A stretch of DNA of 64,000 nucleotides from Antechinus flavipes. Lineage: Eukaryota. Location of the stretch: NCBI RefSeq assembly GCF_016432865.1, contig NC_067404.1:42966001-43030000 (forward strand), in the 5' to 3' direction. Below, piece by piece: positions 50,038-62,031 of this stretch (the stretch's first letter is position 1; every line of letters begins with the position of its first letter). Both the position numbers and the translations under genes were made by a program. Below the pieces are notes generated by a model that was not told the DNA's origin, did no database searches, and was given only the letters and a program-made list of their open reading frames with translations.

Positions 50038-50437
50038 TAATATATCATAATTTCTCATACTTCAATACAGCTTCAAGGGTTTCAAAGTATATTGAAGAGC
50101 TTAATATACATTAAACTATATACTAATAATAACAATAATAATCATAGTTATCATGTATATAAACTTTTAACCTTTACATTGCTCTAGACCTTGTGCTCAA
50201 GGCTGGACATACAAGGGCAGAGGTTGCCTTATGACACTCAGATGTCTCCATAAATGGATAAGACATGGACAGAGCTGGATATAACATAAGGCAGAATGTG
50301 ATAGCTGCCCAACAGAAGCCCAAACAAAGTGCACAGATAGAGTTGGGGAAAGAGGACTTTCTCTTTCCTGGTGGGATCCTCTATGGCTTCAGAGATGTCA
50401 CTATGGAGCTGGACCCTGAAAGAAAAGGAGCATTTCC

Positions 50438-50921
50438 TTTTCAAGAATGAGGCAATTCAGGCCAATTCCGATTGACTTGTGATGGAGAGATTCATCTGCA
50501 CCCAGAAAGACAACTGCTGGGACTGAGTGTGGAACACAGCATAGTATTTTCACTCTTTTTGTTGTTATTTGCTTGCTTTTTTCTTTCTCATTTTTTCCCT
50601 TTTTGATCTATTTCTCTTGTGAAGCAAGATAAATGTGGAACTATATATAGAAGAATTTTACACGGCAACAACAAAGCTGTATGACGATCAATTCTGATGG
50701 ACGTGGCTCTTTTCAACAATGAGAGGATTTAAACCAATTCCATTTGTACAGTGATAAAGAGAGCCATCCACACCCACAGAGAGAACCGTGGGAACAGAGT
50801 GTGGACCATAGCATAGCATTCTCAGTCTCTCTGTTGTCATTTGCTTGCATTTTGTTTTCTTTCTCAGTTTTTTCTTCCTTCTTGATCTGATTTTTCTTGT
50901 TCAACAAGATAACTATAACTA

Positions 50922-50964
<43 letters not shown>

Positions 50965-51480
50965 TAGATTTAACATATATTTTAACATATTTAACATGTA
51001 TTAGACTACCTGCCATCTAGGGGAGGGGGTGGGGGGAAGGAGGAGAAAATTTGGAAAAGAAGGTTTTGGAAGGATCAATGTTGGAAAAATTACCCATGCA
51101 TATGTTTTGTAAACTTAAAAATAAATTAAAAAAAAGAATTGTACATGTTTAACATATACTGAATTACTTGCCATCTAGGGGGAAGGGATGGGGACAAGTG
51201 AGGGAGAAAAATTTGAAATACAAGGTTTTGCAAGGGTGAACGTTGAAAACTATCTTTGCATATATTTTGAAAATAAAAAGTTCTTATTTTTAAAAGTAAG
51301 TTCTATATAATAGAGATCTATAGTTTAATGATAATTCTTCTATCTATCTTCTATCATAAAGATGATTCTTCTGTTACACTATGTGTATTGAAATAGCCAT
51401 TTTATGTTATGTGTGTTAACTTCTGAATAATAATAATAAAAGAAAAATGTTAAAAAAAAAAAAAGAAAGAAAGAAAGAAA
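50438..51480 (+). mobile_element. L1 3' end containing a nested younger L1 3' end (50663-51133)
   Basis: Outer TSD AGAAAAGGAGCATTTCC (50421-50437 / 51481-51497); inner TSD AAGAATT(T/G)TACA (50651-50662 / 51134-51145). Confidence 0.85.
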
Positions 51481-52459
51481 AGAAAAGGAGCATTTCCCCA
51501 ATGTGGGTGAGAGGAGATCAGATATAAGAAAGAGATGATTTCAATAGCAGAAGTAGCTTGGGGGTGGGAGGTGGGAGGAAAGCCCATACTGCAAGCCAAG
51601 GCACAGAGATTTTAAAGAAAAGCTGGGGGAGGATCAGGTAATGGGAGCAGAGGCCTGAACAGTTTAGTTGAAAACTTAGAGGTCATGAAGGGGAGTAGTG
51701 AGTGCCAACCTTGGAGTCCAGTTTTTATGAAGGAGACAAGGCAACCACAGTCCTCCTAAATGGAGGCAGAATCTCCTGATGAGAATAAAGGGACACAGCA
51801 TATCCTAAGACAAATTGTGTCTTAAAGAGGAGGGAACATGGAAGAAACTGTCTACAACCTAGCCAGAATATGATTATTACATGAAATACTGAGTATATTA
51901 TAGCTATTAGTCTTCAGATATATATACAGAGGAAGGGGTTTTGCATCCAGGAGTTAAGTAAGGTGTCACATATTTAGCTGGATGTTTCCCAGACCCATTT
52001 GGAAGATGACTCACTAACCTGTGTGCACTGATGTCTCTTACACACTTCATCTATTTTCTTTAGTGATTTTGAATTTTTTTAAAACAGAAACAAAGGTTGA
52101 GTCTAAGTGTTACATAAGAGAGCTTGGCCCAAGCCCCAGAAGCATGTAGTGAAGATCATGTTTGCATTGATTCCTCTTCTACTTGGAAGCTTTTCCAGTT
52201 CTCCCCGGGCTGCTCAGCCTCATGGGATTCGGATTCAGAGGACCTGGGATTGAAATTCTGGCTCTGCTATCTATCGGCTGTGTGACCCCAGGCTGGGCAC
52301 ATCCCTTTCCCTGGGCTTCTAGTTTCCCCTCTTCTATCATGGCCTTTCCATCTCTAACATTTTCTGATCCACAACTGATGATCCCGAATCCCGACTTCTT
52401 AGTGTCCTGATGACCTTCAGAATCACAGAAGCAGAAAATCAGAGAGTGGAAAGGAATTC

Positions 52460-54250
52460 GAGTGGGCATCTCATCCAACCCAGAAGTGTTAAAAAAAGTT
52501 CTCACTCCAACACATCTAACAAGTGACCAACTTTGGTCTTAAAACCTCCAGTGATGGAGTTCACTACCTTCCTGAGGCAGCATGTTCCACTTCTGAACAG
52601 TTCTCATGGTCAGGACTCATTCTTCTGATATCAAGCCTAAATTTGCTTTTTTGCAACTTCCTTCTTTCCTTCAGGACAAGTCATGTCTATCCCCTACCTC
52701 CTTAGCCTGCTCTTCTCTGGGCTAAACATTCCCAGTTCCTTCCATTTATCCTCAAATGGCATGGAAGCAAGGCTCTTCATAGCCTGGTGGCCCTCCCTTA
52801 GATGTTCTTTGACATCAATGTCCTCATTAAGCTGTATTTCCCAGAACTAAACACGATACCCCAGATATGGCCTGAGCAGGGCAGAGTACAGCTGTACTTC
52901 TTGATCTTGGAAGGATACGTCTTTTGATGTTACCACTTAGAACTACTGACTGATTGAGCTTGTGATCACAAGCTAAATTCTAAAACTCCAAGATCATCTT
53001 CAGATATACTACTGTCAAGTCAATGCTCTGCATCTTGTGTTTATGAAAATTGATTTCTACTATGGCCACAGGGCTCTCAAACTGGGCATCCCCTTGGATC
53101 CAGCAGTGTTACTACTGGCCTTCTATCCCAAAGAGATCTTAAAGGAGGGAAAGGGACCCCATGAGCAAAAATGTTTGTGGCCGCCCTTTTGGTGGTGGCA
53201 AGGAACTGGAAACTGAGTGGATGCCCATCAGCTGGAGAATGGCTGAATAAGGTATTATGGTATATGAATGTTATGGAATATTATTGTTCCATAAGAAACA
53301 ACCAGGAGGATGATTTCAGAGAAATCTGGAGAAACTTGCATGAACTGATGCTAAGTGAAATGAACAGAACCGGGAGATCATTATACACGGCAACAGCAAG
53401 ATTATCCGATAATCAATTCTGAAGGATGAGGCTCTTTTCAACAATGAGATGATTCAGGCCAGTTTCAATGATCTTGTGGTGAAGACAGCCATTTACATCC
53501 AGAGAGAGGCCCGTGGGAACTGAGTGGGCATCATAACAGCATTTTCACTCTTTTTGTTGTTATTTGCTTACATTTTATTTTCTTTCTCATTTTTTTCCTT
53601 TTTGATCTGATTTTTCTTGTGCAGCAAGAGAATTGTATAAATATGTTTATCCATATTGGATTTAACACATATTTTTTACCATGTTTAACATATATTGGAT
53701 TACTTGCCATCTAGGGGAAGGCATGGGAGGAAAGGGGGAAAAGTTGGAACACAAGGTTTTGCAAGGGTCAATGGTGAAAAATTATCCAGGCATATGTTTT
53801 GAAAATAAAAAGGTTTAATAAAAATGGTTTCCTATTTATCCTAAAAAAGAAAAGCAATTGATTTCTAGACCCATGTAACAGTGTACATTTATCCCTACTG
53901 AATCCCACATTCTTAAATTCAGCACATCTTGTCCTGCATCCCAATATCATACAATGTGTTAAGCGCACCACCCAGCTTTGTTCCAAATGCAAACTCGATA
54001 AGCACGTCAACCGTCCCCTAATGTGAGTCTTTGACAAAAATGGTCAACACCCCAAACCAAAGCACGGATCCCTGGGCCACTCCACCAGAGACCTCTTGCC
54101 GGGTTGCCATCGAACCCTCCGTGACCACTTTTTGAGTCTGGCATTCAAGGTATTCCACATCCATCTAATTTTGCTATTTTGAAACCTACATCCCTCCGTC
54201 TTCTACACAAATATAGTATAGATATTGAGGCTCATCTGGAAAGTAGAAAT
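52460..54250 (-). mobile_element. CR1/L3 LINE (RT to 3' end), split by an L1 insertion
   Basis: Minus translation EVSGGVAQGSVL..IFVKD..LIEFAFGTKLGG..FSRDKCTLLHGSRNQL resembles CR1 RT; it continues below 53059 as HKHKMQ...DDLGV and the L3 3' region. Confidence 0.8.
53060..53855 (+). mobile_element. 5'-truncated L1 with 12-bp TSD
   Basis: ORF 53171-53422 MFVAALLVVARNWKLSGCPSAGEWLNK...YYCS is the L1 ORF2 C-terminus; AATTGATTTCTA at 53048-53059 and 53856-53867. Confidence 0.92.
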
Positions 54251-54569
54251 AGAAATAATATTTAGATGACATATCTCACAGAGTTTGTGTGTTTTAGGAA
54301 AACGCTTTGTAAACCATCAAGTGCCATTAGACAGCAGAGTGGCTTAGTGTATAGAGGACTAGACCAGCAGTCTCAGGAACATGTGAGTTCAAATCCCATC
54401 TCAGATACGTATAAGCAAGTCACTTAATATCTGTTGGTCTCAGTTGTTTTATTTCTAAACCAGGCCTAATAATGGCCCTTACCTTCCAGGGTTGTCATAG
54501 GGATAAAAGGAACTATGGCTATAGTATAAATGAGAGCTATTTCACGAGTTCTATTGCTTTATTATTGCT

Positions 54570-54805
54570 GTTCTGTCATTTCAGTTGTGACTTTTTATGA
54601 CTCTATTTGGGGTTTTCTTGGCAAAGATACTTGAGCGTTTTGCCATTTCCTCCTCCAGCTTATTTTACAGAGGAGTAGACCGAGGTCAAAAAGGTTAAGT
54701 GACTTGCCCAGGGTCACACAGCTAGGAAGTATCTGGGACTGAATTTGAACTCTCGTCTTCCTGAGTCCGGGCCTGGCTTTATCCACTGCAGCGTCACCTA
54801 GATGC
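54570..54805 (-). mobile_element. MAR1 SINE
   Basis: ggggttttcttggcaaagatacttgagcgttttgccatttcctcctccagct. Confidence 0.85.
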
Positions 54806-56001
54806 CGCTTGTTATTACAGCTTGGTATTGTTGTCTAGGACAGGCAGTACAGAGTGTAAAAAAGAGCCCTGCCTTGGAATTCAGAGGACCAGAGTGTAAT
54901 TCCCATTCTGCCACTTCCTACTCGTGTGACCCTACTCAAGTCACCTACACTCTGGTCCTCTGCTCCTTCCTGTGTAAAATGAGACGGCTGGATTATTTGT
55001 TGTTGTTTAGTCATTTTTCAGTTCTTTGTGACTCTGTGGCAATAGGTTAGGCTCTGACCCAATCCATCAGAACCCGTGGGAGACATGAATTCCCTACCTG
55101 AGCTGCAAACCTTCCAGTGGGACAGGGAGATCTTTCTGTCACAGATACTGAATTTGGACTTAGAAGGTACTATCTTTCACCACAGAACTTTCCAAAATGA
55201 TCCCATCCAAGCCGGTGAGTTGGTGCTTCAGTGGATAGAGAGCTGAGCCTAGAATCAAGAAGATCTGAGTTCAAATGTGCCATCAGACACGTACTAGCTG
55301 TGTGACTCTGGGCAAGTAAGTCACTTAACTTCTAGCTGCCTCAGTTTCTTCAGCAGTAATATGGGGATAAATAGTACCTATCTCTCAGGATTGTTACGAA
55401 GCCAAATGAGTGACATCAGTGGAGTATTTTGCAATCCCCGAAGTTCTATCTAAATGCCTCCCATAGTTGCCTCCCCTGTCCCTAGATGACTTTTCGTCCA
55501 CACGACACTTCCTTATGCAATTCAGGAAATCACCCTTCATGTTAGGCTCCGCATTAAGTTACTTCTACAGCTGCCCTGCCTTTCTACTAGCCCTTGAGCT
55601 CTCTGAAGGAAAGGATGGAGGCTAACCCAGCCCAGTTCTCTGTAGCCAGTAGGTGCTGAATTAATGACGTCGGTTTCTTTGAGCCAACGGTGACCGAGAT
55701 ACCTTTTCCAAGTGCGGGTGGAGAAAGCTGCAAGAGCCATCAAATAGCATTAGGTTTCTTTCTACATGAGGTTGTTTCTCTTGGGGTCTCCTAAGCCATG
55801 AGTGGGTGTGGTGGCTGCATGAGCGTGAGCTCAGTCCTGGCTGCCTCCCCAGACAGCACAGGGCAAGCTCATTTGGAACCGGGCAGGGTCTTTGCTTCTA
55901 ATTATTCCAGTATTGTGTAAGCTGAAGCAGTTCCAAAGAGTCACCGGTTCCTCACTCACGTTAACCCCTACCCATCCCTGTGGCCCCTGTTCTGCTTTTG
56001 T

Positions 56002-57274
56002 GGACTCAGGAGAGAGGAAATCCCTCACTGTTCCAACTGGGAGAGAAAACCACAAAACTTCCATAATTTCCAGGAAGGCCCGGAGGGAGGGAGGGAGGTG
56101 AAAGGGAAGTGGATGAAGAAGGCCTTCGTTGCCTCTGTGTCTCTAAACTGGTGGCACTGGGAAGCCAGCCGGAGAGGGTGGCGAACTCGATTCCTTTTAA
56201 GATCCTGGGATTGAAACTGTCCAAGCTGGAAGGGGCCTTGAAGATAAACTAGTATATTTTGCTGAGAAGAAAACTGAGGCCCAGGGAAGTGAGGTAAATT
56301 AGCCAAGATCACACAGTTGGTCAGTGTAAGAATTAGAATTAGAAACTGGGTCTCCTGGTTCCAAACACAGGTTTCTTTCTATTACATCTCAGCTGTCTTT
56401 TCTAGGAGAGGAGCCAATATAGATGTGATACCCTTCCTCCCCCCAAACTCCTGGCCCAGGATTGGAGGGAAGATTGGACTGGAAACTTGAGAGATAATGA
56501 TAAGCATAGATAATGGAAGGAGCAATAGTTCTGAAGTTCTAGGACTCGATTTCCAATCCATCTCATCCTTGGGCCTCAGTTTCTTTCTCAGTAAAATCAA
56601 TGGATTGAACCGAGCCTCTAAAGTCTCCTCCATGGCTAGATCTACGATCCTATGATAAACTAAGGTGCTTGGAGGGAAAGAGTGTCACATCTATCTTGGC
56701 TCCTCTCCTAGAAAGAGCACCTGGACTCTAGTTGAACGAAACCTGTACTTGGAACCGGGAGAAACAGCTTGTAGTTTCTTTCAGGCAAGTTTTAAAAAGG
56801 CAATTGAGGTTGAGTGATTTGCTCAGAATCCCACAGCTAGTAAGTGTTAGTCTGAGGTCAGACTTGAACTCAGGTCCTCCTGACTCCAGGGCCAGTTCTC
56901 TATCCGCCATGGTGCCATTTAGTTGCCCCTCTCATTCTAATTCTTACACTGACCAACTATGCGACCTTTGTTTACTCCACTTCTCTGGGCCTCAGTTTCC
57001 TTTTCTAACAAAATGAAGGATTTGTCCTATGTGATCTTCAAGGCCCCTATTGGCTTGAATAGTCTCAATCCCAAGATCTTAAAAGGAATCGAGTTTACCA
57101 CCCTCTCCGGCTGACTTCCCAGTGCCATGAGGTTAGAGATATAGAGGCAACTGAAGGCCTTCTTCGCCCACTTCCCTTTAACCTCCCTCCCTCCGGGCCT
57201 TCCTGGAAATTATAGCAGTTTTGTGGTTTTCTCTCCCAATTGGAACAGTGAGGGATTTCCTCACTCCTGAGTCC
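56002..57274. repeat. Inverted duplication: arms 56002-56440 and 56671-57274, 230-bp spacer
   Basis: The reverse complement of 57061-57274 aligns to 56002-56218 at high identity. Homology continues inward through a shared MIR fragment and ctaggagaggagccaa(t/g)atagatgtga. Confidence 0.92.
56797..56929 (-). mobile_element. WSINE1 inserted in the right arm of the inverted duplication only
   Basis: aggcaattgaggttgagtgatttgctcagaatc...agttgcccc; absent from the left arm. Confidence 0.88.
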
Positions 57275-58064
57275 TACTGCCACCTCCAGTGCTGTCCTGC
57301 ACACTTTCTACAGAGCACCTCCCGCTACCCTTGTGTTGGCCTGCTGGGGCCTAAACTAAGTTTAAAGGGAAGGTGGGCCCATTCGGATCTGATGTAAAGC
57401 CAAGTTCTCTCATAAAGTTGGCAAGACTTAGTAAGATAGGAGGAGGGGATAGGTTAAGGGAAGCAGAACAAGGAATCTATCCTAGAATGGAGTATATATC
57501 ACAGCTACGAGGTGAGGGACGGCTATTAAGGGGGTTATAGGTGGCAAATTGGCCAGATAAAGTGTTTTTCAATTTTGTTTCATACGAATAAGCACTTATT
57601 TTGTCTTCTTCCCATCTCTCCCCCTCCAGCTGAGGAATAAAAAGAAATCTCTTGTTACAAGTATGCACAATCGAGCAAAACAACTTTCCCCACTGATCGA
57701 GCTCTCAAACGTATGTCTCCATCCTGTATCTCGGGTCCATCACCTCGCAGTCGGGAGATGGGGGGCTTCTCCATCCCTGTGAATCGTGAATAGTTGTTAG
57801 ATTGATCAGAACTCTTCAATCATTCAAAATCATTTGTCTTCCCGCTGTTGTTTTTTATTGTTATTGTAAGGGTGGGGTGCAAACCACTCCACCCCATTTT
57901 TGCCTTGATACTTTGACCAGGCCAGAAGGTATGGCAATTAATCAATCATGGACTTCAGGCCAAGTGCGAAAAGTCTTTGAAAGCCATTGGAAGAAGTGGA
58001 ATGATGCCAAAGAGGAAGTATGTTCCAAGTGGCTGAGAGATTTTGACACACCCGCTGGGTCCTG

Positions 58065-58117
58065 TATAAAAGCACTGACTTAGCTGAAACTGGGAATTTC
58101 CAGAAATCCAAGTAAGA
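58065..58117 (+). promoter_or_regulatory. Candidate TATA promoter with NF-kB site and a micro first exon
   Basis: TATAAAAG 58065-58072, GGGAATTTCC 58092-58101, donor CAA|GTAAGA at 58111/12. Confidence 0.3.
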
Positions 58118-58449
58118 GTGGCTTTCTAGGAAACCCCCTTAGGGGAAGCAACCTCGGGGGCAAAAGGAAGGCAAGTCCTTAGTCACATATCCTCCCATCC
58201 CACCTTTGGCTAGAGGAGTATCTCGGGAGATTCATGAGGCTGGAGGATTTTGTACTTCTCACGTGGATCTCTAGAGAGCACAAACACCTATGTCGGGAGT
58301 GCCTGCCAATGCCCATCCCACTCCGCCCCTGTAAGACCGTCTTGGCACATGGGCTAAATCACTGACGGCTCTCAAAGCTGCCCATGAGACTTCAAAGGGA
58401 GATGTCTATCCCAAGCACGGAAGCACTTTCTCCTGCAGAATGGACGGAT

Positions 58450-58705
58450 GAGAACAATTTGTTCCAATGATCATGAAGACAGCCGAAGGAGGTGTTGCAG
58501 AGCACCCGGAGCCTGGGCAGACACTGAAGATGTCTGACATCATCTACCGCGTCCTGGGCGGTCATCGCCAGTCGTCCCGATTTTTGTCTTGCCTTTGGAC
58601 TTCAGTGAAGCTGACCACTTCGTATGGTCACTTAAATCCACTTGATGAGCAAGTCAAGGTGGCATCTGTAATGTCTTTGGTCTTCTCCAAAAATGAAGGA
58701 TGAAG
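58450..58705 (+). mobile_element. Old marsupial non-LTR retroposon tail (RTE/WALLSI-like; family uncertain)
   Basis: gtcatcgccagtcgtcccgatttttgtcttgcctttggacttc...cacttaaatccac...gcaagtcaag...aaaatgaaggatgaa. Confidence 0.55.
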
Positions 58706-58759
58706 AATCACAATAGCATCTTTCCCCTCAGGACAGAAGTATCTGGTAATGTATCTTTT

Positions 58760-59760
58760 TTTGGAATATTTTATTTTCCCCAATTACATGTAAAAACAGT
58801 TTTTAAACATTCATTTTTTTCCCCCTGAGACAATTGGGTTAAGTGACTTGCCCAGGGTCACACAGGTAGGAAGTGTTAAGTGTCTAAGATCAGATTTGAA
58901 CTCAGGTCCTCCTGACTTCAGGGCTGGTGCTCTATCCACTCCACCTTCTAGGAGTCCCTAAACGTTCAATTTTTTTTTAAAGCTTTTTAATTACAAAGCA
59001 TATGCATGGGTAATTTTTCCAACATTGACCCTTGCATAACCTTTTTAAACATTCATTTTAAACAAATTTTGAGTTCCAAATTTTCTTCCTCCTTCCCTCC
59101 CTCATCTCTCCCCTTTGCAATTTGATATAGATTATACAGATGTAATAACGTAAAAGACATTTCCATATTAGTCGTGTTCTGAAAGAAGAAACAGACCCAA
59201 AGGGAAAAAAAGACAACAGAGAAAGTAAAAAATAGTCTGCTTCCATCTGCATTCAGACTCCCTCAGTTCTTTCTTTGGAGGCAGATCGCATTTTTCATCA
59301 AGAGTCCTTTAGAATCGTCTAAGGCTCTAAGGATCATTGTATTGCTGAGAAGAGCTAAGTCATTCATGGCAATTATCGTACACTATTGCCGTTACTGTGT
59401 ACAATGTTCTTCTGGTTCTGCTCACTCCATTTTGCATCAGTTTGCATAAATCTTTCCAGACCTTTCTCAAATCATCCCGCTCATCATTTCTTATAGCACA
59501 AGAGTACTCTATCGCATTCATATACCATGACTCATTCAGCCATTCCCCAGTCGATGGGCATCCCCTCGATTTCCGATTCTTTGCCACCACAGAAAGAGCT
59601 GCTGGAAATATTTTGGTACATCTAGATCCTCCTCTCCCACTTTTTAAAAATCTCTTTGGGCTACAGACCTAGTGGTATTGATGAATCAAAGGGAATGCAC
59701 CAGTTTTATAGCCCTTTGGGCAGAGTTCCAAATTGCTCTCCGGAATGTTGGCTCAGTTTA
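58760..59760 (-). mobile_element. Old reverse L1 3' end interrupted by WSINE1 (58826-58958) and an L1 stub (~58975-59042)
   Basis: ORF 59360-59590 (SRGCPSTGEWLNESWYMNAIEYSCAIRN) is the L1 ORF2 C-terminus; the target sequence appears three times. Confidence 0.85.
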
Positions 59761-59881
59761 CAACTCACTGGTGGTGTTTCTGCATCCGAAGCCAAGGACA
59801 GACTGGATGCAGACTCGCCACGCTTAAGATGAATTCCTTGAGCAGCCAATAATTGGGGGAAAGGGGGCTTCTAGCAACCAG

Positions 59882-60144
59882 GAGCATGCTCAGGAGCTGG
59901 CTGTTTCCTTTGAGTTGCTTTAAAGCAAGGGGAAATGGTCCTGAGGGTTATATCTCTGGACAAAGCTAGTCTTGAAGGAATTAGAGTTTTCTCTTAAAAA
60001 CTCGACACAGAAAGCAGTGGAAAAGAGGAAAATGGACAAGAAGTCAGAGAAAACTTCCCAACTAGCAGAACTATGTCAAAGTGATATAAGCCACCATGGC
60101 AAGTGATGGGCTCCTCCACATTGGAGTTTTAGGAGCAGGGTCTG
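59882..60144 (+). repeat. Local direct duplication, copy 1 (paralog of 61766-62031)
   Basis: gagca(t/c)gctc...tttaaagcaagggg...gtcagagaaaacttccca...gccaccatggcaagtgatgggctcctccac...gagcagggtctg is present in both copies. Confidence 0.92.
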
Positions 60145-60837
60145 CCTCATATGTTCTCTGGATATGTTCTTGAATCCACTTTCCCCCAGACTTGTGGGAC
60201 AACGTGTTACAGACATTTGGGGGATGTTTTCTAGCAACTACATTGACTATGACTCAGAAAAGATCTTTTTCTGGAAGACTTTGAGATTAGTTGACTAGTT
60301 GAATCTTGACTCCTAATTTCAGGAGGAAGCGTATAGGGTTTGAGCAGAGGGCATTAGATAAATACCCCTGACTCCTCTGGGATAGCTCTAGAACTTGGGG
60401 GCAGAGTTCCAAAGTACTTTCCAGAAAAGCTTCCACTATATGGCTCCACCAACAGTATGTTGATGTGTCTGTTCTCCAGAAGCCTGGATGCAGGTGATTT
60501 CATGTTCTATTCCCTTTGCCACATGAGTCAGAGTTACTCTTGGGGTTCATAGAATGTAATTGGAGAAAACTGATCAATCAAAAAAATCTGATCAGATGCA
60601 TTTAGACACAATTTCCCTCTAAATGAGTGATTTGTGAAGAACAAACCCAAGGGGGAAAAATTAGCCAAGCATATAAAACTTGTGAATCCTGATGAGATTT
60701 GTGGAAGGATATCTTTTGTATCCAAAGGATACAAAGAATACAGAATACATCCAAATGTATTCTGAGAAGTAGCGACAATGATGTTCTTCAAGTATGTGTC
60801 TTTTTGTTTTGTTTTTTGTCTTGTTTTGGTTTTTTTG

Positions 60838-60974
60838 CTGAGGCAATTAGGGTTAAGTGACTTGCCCAGAGTCAAACAGTCAGGAAGTATTAAGTGTCTG
60901 AGATCAGTTTTGAACTCGGGTCCTCCTGATTTTAGGGCTGGTGCTCTATCCACTGCGCCACCTAGCTGCCCCCA
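60838..60974 (-). mobile_element. WSINE1
   Basis: tgaggcaattagggttaagtgacttgcccagagtc...cctagctgcccc. Confidence 0.92.
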
Positions 60975-61765
60975 GGTATATATCTTGAACTGGGTATAGA
61001 CCCTTAAACCACAAAAGCTTGCACTCTTTTGGTTGAGGTAAAAATGGCATCAGTAGGAAAAGAAATTAGCTACTCAAATTTCTACTGGAGATGAAAGTAA
61101 CTGCTAGGAACATCAGGAACAATTATAGGACCAAAGACGGCTTTCTACCAGTCGTCTGGGCAATGCACCTCCCCATACCCTACAATCCTTCCATAGTGCC
61201 TTTCTTACTATTCTTTCTTCACATCATCACATCTGTTTTCTCCATTCTCTTGTCTCCATAACTTTTCACTGGCTGTCCTTCTCACATAGAATGTACTCCA
61301 TCCTCATCTTCCTCTCTTAGAACTCCCCCCCTCCTTTCCTCAGTTTATGGGACACCTTCCCAGCTGCCTCTCAAATGTTTGGTTTTTTCCCTATTTTTTA
61401 TTTTAAAAAATAGAAAATAGGAAAAACAGAAAAGGAAAACAAAACAAAACATGGGATGCTAAGGATGGGGTAGGAGGCTTCAGCGCATTTTATTTCTGTG
61501 GAGGATCCTGGCATCTAGGCTTTCATTCCATTTGAATATAAGCTCCCCGAGGGCAGACTGGTTCATTTTTGCCTCTGTATTCCCAGCTTTGCACTGGTTC
61601 CTTACCTCTACCCCCCCCCCCACTTGTTCACACATAAAAGTTAATAAATTAGTGAATGCCTAATAAAGACTTGTTGACCTCTCGGCAGACTCACTATTCT
61701 ACTTTGTGTGGTCTAAGAAGTGCCTTTTCAAAACTTTGGAAATTGCCTGGGTTAGGAGGAAGACT

Positions 61766-62031
61766 GAGCACGCTCGGGAGCTGGCTGTTGGCTCTGAGTT
61801 GGTTTAAAGCAAGGGGGAATGGTCCTGAGGGTTATCTCTGGACAAAGCTAGTCTTTTCTTGGAGGAATGAGAGTTTTCTCTTGAAAACTCAACATAGAAA
61901 GCAGTGGAAAAGAGGAAAAGTGACAAGAAGTCAGAGAAAACTTCCCAGCCGGCAGAACTGTGGCAAAGTGCTAGAAGCCACCATGGCAAGTGATGGGCTC
62001 CTCCACGTTGGGGTTTCATGAGCAGGGTCTG
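61766..62031 (+). repeat. Local direct duplication, copy 2
   Basis: See 59882-60144. Confidence 0.92.

Noticed and set aside
59882-59891. p53 half-site GAGCATGCTC
   Set aside because: A single decamer with no adjacent half-site, and mutated in the paralogous copy.
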